A DNA stretch of 48,428 nucleotides, from the IMG/VR virus record IMGVR_UViG_3300045988_145381; one strand, given 5' to 3'. The stretch's first letter is position 1. Each line of letters begins with the position of its first letter. A model generated the notes under the pieces. The model worked only from the letters and a program-made list of their open reading frames with translations, did not search any database and was not told the origin of the DNA. Source of the DNA: a virus. Its lineage: Duplodnaviria > Heunggongvirae > Uroviricota > Caudoviricetes. A program made the translations under genes and the position numbers. Below, in pieces: positions 45,981 to 48,428 of this stretch.

Positions 45981-46379
45981 TTATTATATCTACGATGGTA
46001 GGAAATCTTTTCCTATGTGGCAATAGAAATTTACTACATTGCGTATAAGACAAGTTTTCTATGTCTAATAGGAAATGATGTTTCTTACGTTTTATCGCGT
46101 TCTGATGGCTACTGTGTGCGTATTTATCGACGTTTATTGATAAGGCTCGCCCCTTCCTCCTGCAAAGCCCGGCCGTAGGCCTTATTTCGGCCTTATATAA
46201 ATTGATTTTGTATAGTTCGAAACGCGCCGTTTCGAAAAGGATGATCAGGCTGCTCCATGCCTCCGGCAAGTGCCGGAGGAGGTATATTTGAGCGTAGCGA
46301 CTCGAACCGGCGCGAGCTTTAGCTCGCTGCAAGGGCGAACATATTCACAGGCAAAGCCTGCGTAAGTTAAATAAAGAAA

Positions 46380-46611
46380 GTTTTAATAAAAGAAAGTGAT
46401 TTTGCATTTATTTGTTTAGTGCATCTATTATAAAAAACCATTTGCATATACATATCAAAACTGTGGATAACTTTATTAGCCGATGCCTGTAAAGGCGATA
46501 TTTTTGCTGTGTTCAGGTTTAGAGAAAATTAATTTAGATTGTTTTTTGAACAGATATTTTATTGCGACGTAGATAATCCTCCGGTAAAACCGGATTCATC
46601 ATTCAGGTGGG
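46380..46611. promoter_or_regulatory. candidate replication origin (AT-rich region with DnaA box) downstream of repA
   Basis: tgtggataa (reverse complement of TTATCCACA) at 46462..46470 within an AT-rich stretch about 140 bp beyond the repA stop. Confidence 0.45.
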
Positions 46612-47451
46612 TTAATGTTGGAGTGATTTCCAGGTCTTTCTTAGCCTGTTATAACGCTGCTCAACGAGGGAGCGTAAATATGCAAGGTCAGCACCAGGAT
46701 ACATGCCATCAGCAAATTCCTGGCTAACCTCTCTAGTGATTTGATGGCGAAGTTCGGCCTCTCCCTTTTCCTGAACAAGACGCGCAGCTCTCTCCGCTGC
46801 TTTCTGTTTTGCCTTTATCTCTCTGGCCGTCTTCCTCTGACGCCATACATTCTCCATCTGCTCCTGAATAACAATACGCTTATAATCAGCCTCCGTTATC
46901 GCTTTTTTAAGCCGTTCGCTATTCTTCGCATTGAAGTAATTAAGTTTCTGGCTAACCGCACGTCTCCATGCTTGTTCAGTAATACCAACTGTTTCCAGCA
47001 GTTGATCACGAATCTCGATTTTCGCTGGCCAATACTGTTTATTCACCCGATCCCAGCGACGTTCATAATCAATAAAACCTAACTCTTTCAGTTGCGACAA
47101 CGCCCTTGTACAGCGCGTTATAGACTTGTTCCCAGCTTCGGATACGGTAGACAGGCCGCAAAAATCAGCCAACGCCTCAGCACTGGCCAGAACCCGCTTA
47201 GAAATGATGTTTACATGGTGCAAAATCGCAGCAATCACAGCATTAATCGCCCGACGACGATGCTCGTTTATCCGGCGTTTCCGCTCTGACGGTTGATTAA
47301 CGTAGAACGCAACCTCACACGTAAGATCACGACCATTAATGCGCTGTAAAGCATCAGATAACACCAGCGGCAGCTTGTGCGTATGGTGCTTTGGAGGCTG
47401 GAACTCCGGCGACAAATTACAAACGTAAGCTGAACGTAGAGACGGCATTGG
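46612..47451 (-). CDS. repA: IncFII-type replication initiator RepA
   Basis: ORF 46612..47604 trimmed to MDRPMPSLRS...; strong resemblance to R100/R1 RepA1 as recalled (...KSITRCTRALSQLKELGFIDYE...). Confidence 0.75.
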   Translation of the reverse strand, partial: PMPSLRSAYVCNLSPEFQPPKHHTHKLPLVLSDALQRINGRDLTCEVAFYVNQPSERKRRINEHRRRAINAVIAAILHHVNIISKRVLASAEALADFCGLSTVSEAGNKSITRCTRALSQLKELGFIDYERRWDRVNKQYWPAKIEIRDQLLETVGITEQAWRRAVSQKLNYFNAKNSERLKKAITEADYKRIVIQEQMENVWRQRKTAREIKAKQKAAERAARLVQEKGEAELRHQITREVSQEFADGMYPGADLAYLRSLVEQRYNRLRKTWKSLQH

Positions 47452-47494
47452 TCTATCCATATGTTCGCTCTTGCGTCCACGGAAAACCAACGTA

Positions 47495-47576
47495 TAATGG
47501 GAGTTGTCGAGGCGCCCATGGTTAGTTGTTGGTTTTCCTTTCCGTGGATGTCGCAAGAAGCCCGCAGATTTATCTG
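47495..47576 (+). ncRNA. candidate antisense RNA to the repA leader (CopA-like)
   Basis: Plus-strand TTGCGT-16bp-TATAAT promoter at 47461..47488, long imperfect stem, terminator hairpin gcccgcagatttatctgcgggc plus ttttt at 47548..47576. Confidence 0.45.
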
Positions 47577-47775
47577 CGGGCTTTTTGTTTCCATATCTGG
47601 TCACTTTTCAACCAGACACCCACAATCATAACCACGTTACGTGGTTTTAAGAGAACTCTACCACAACACTTTCGGTCATGCACGAAGTCTCTCACTGATC
47701 GAACGATAATCCACCAGTAAAAGGATCTAAATTGGATCTCGTTTTGCGAGCATCATACTACTGGCCTAACTCCAG

Positions 47776-48330
47776 TCAATGATTCCCAGCCGGAAACCTG
47801 CGGTAAAGCGTGGATAAGGTAACATCGAAGATAATCGCTATCCGCTTACGTGAAACACCATTCGCAATAAGCCTTCCGATCTGTTCCCATTGCTCTGGTG
47901 CCAATTTTGAGCGGCGTCCTCCTATCCTGCCGTTAGCCCTTGCCACCGCCAATCCTGCACGCGTTCTTTCAATCATATTTTCCCGCTCCATCTCTGCGAC
48001 TGCACTCAGCATCGTGTAGGCAAAGCGGCCAATTGAAGTGCTAATTTTTATCCCTTCCGTAATCGAAATAAACTCAATGTTGTTTGATAAAAAATAGTTT
48101 AGTAAATCAACAAGATGAATCAGAGAACGCCCCATTCGGTCCAGCTTCCAGACAATAACCGTATCGCCCGGCCGTAACACCTTCAGTAGCTTATCAAGTC
48201 CTGGTCGTTTTGATTTAGCACCGGATATTTTATCTTCAAAAATCCGGTCACATCCTGAACTCCTGAGCGCCTCCAATTGTAATTCCAAATTCTGGTCAAA
48301 AGTTGACACCCTCGCATAACCATATTGCAT
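47776..48330 (-). CDS. serine DNA invertase (Hin/Gin/Cin/Pin family)
   Basis: 184-aa ORF MQYGYARVSTFDQNLELQLEAL...DRMGRS... with catalytic Ser motif and C-terminal HTH; start wraps to window position 30; crossover site upstream. Confidence 0.9.
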   Translation of the reverse strand: MQYGYARVSTFDQNLELQLEALRSSGCDRIFEDKISGAKSKRPGLDKLLKVLRPGDTVIVWKLDRMGRSLIHLVDLLNYFLSNNIEFISITEGIKISTSIGRFAYTMLSAVAEMERENMIERTRAGLAVARANGRIGGRRSKLAPEQWEQIGRLIANGVSRKRIAIIFDVTLSTLYRRFPAGNH

Positions 48331-48428
48331 ACTTTCTAAACCGCGATTGTTGCTAAAAGCGGGAAAAAATATCGTTCAGACGACACAGAGGCAATTCGCA
48401 AAAACCTCGGTTTACAGGAAACGGTAAA

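Noticed and set aside
45961-46332. 123-aa minus-strand ORF next to the origin region
   Set aside because: Basic, low-complexity translation that overlaps the hairpin cluster and promoter-like sequences; more likely noncoding origin-proximal DNA.
47268-47594. 108-aa ORF overlapping the repA leader and 5' end
   Set aside because: Alternative frame over repA with no independent signals; at most a short leader peptide could be real.
1-48428. CRISPR array or integrase-mediated mobile element
   Set aside because: No regularly spaced direct repeats with unique spacers were seen, and no tyrosine or large serine integrase-like ORF; the only recombinase is the small invertase.
48301-48428. 128-bp terminal direct repeat as a biological feature (long terminal repeat)
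   Set aside because: Exact identity and length near a typical assembler k-mer overlap, ending exactly at the inversion crossover site, indicate a circular-contig overlap rather than a biological terminal repeat.

Overview
The window is a circular contig (first 128 nt are identical to the last 128 nt, so the unique length is about 48.3 kb) that reads as a temperate phage-plasmid-like element. All calls are from reading the sequence and ORF translations by eye; no database search was run. Plasmid-type maintenance: an IncFII-type RepA initiator with a candidate antisense-RNA control region and a DnaA box, a ParF/ParG-like partition pair flanked by AT-rich palindromic repeats, and a HigB/HigA-like toxin-antitoxin pair. 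No integrase was recognised. Phage regulation and lysis: a CI-like repressor divergent from a Cro-like gene with ACCAC-N5-GTGGT operators, an Ant-like antirepressor behind a structured leader, a Q-like antiterminator, a holin/GH108 endolysin/spanin cassette, and a tRNA with anticodon CAU. Virion genes: one long minus-strand block of lambda-like head genes (TerS, TerL, W, portal, S49 protease, D, E) followed by P2/Mu-like contractile tail genes. The tail fibre ends in a roughly 3.1-kb invertible segment bounded by 25-bp inverted repeats, next to a Hin/Gin-family serine invertase. Most worth follow-up: a ParB-nuclease-domain/methyltransferase cluster upstream of the terminase, a terminator-flanked three-gene moron with two tiny membrane proteins, three copies of a ~100-bp conserved promoter-leader element, a dispersed TTATATAATTATATAA-type palindrome family, a frameshifted gpV-like baseplate gene, and an accessory region between ant and the replication origin.
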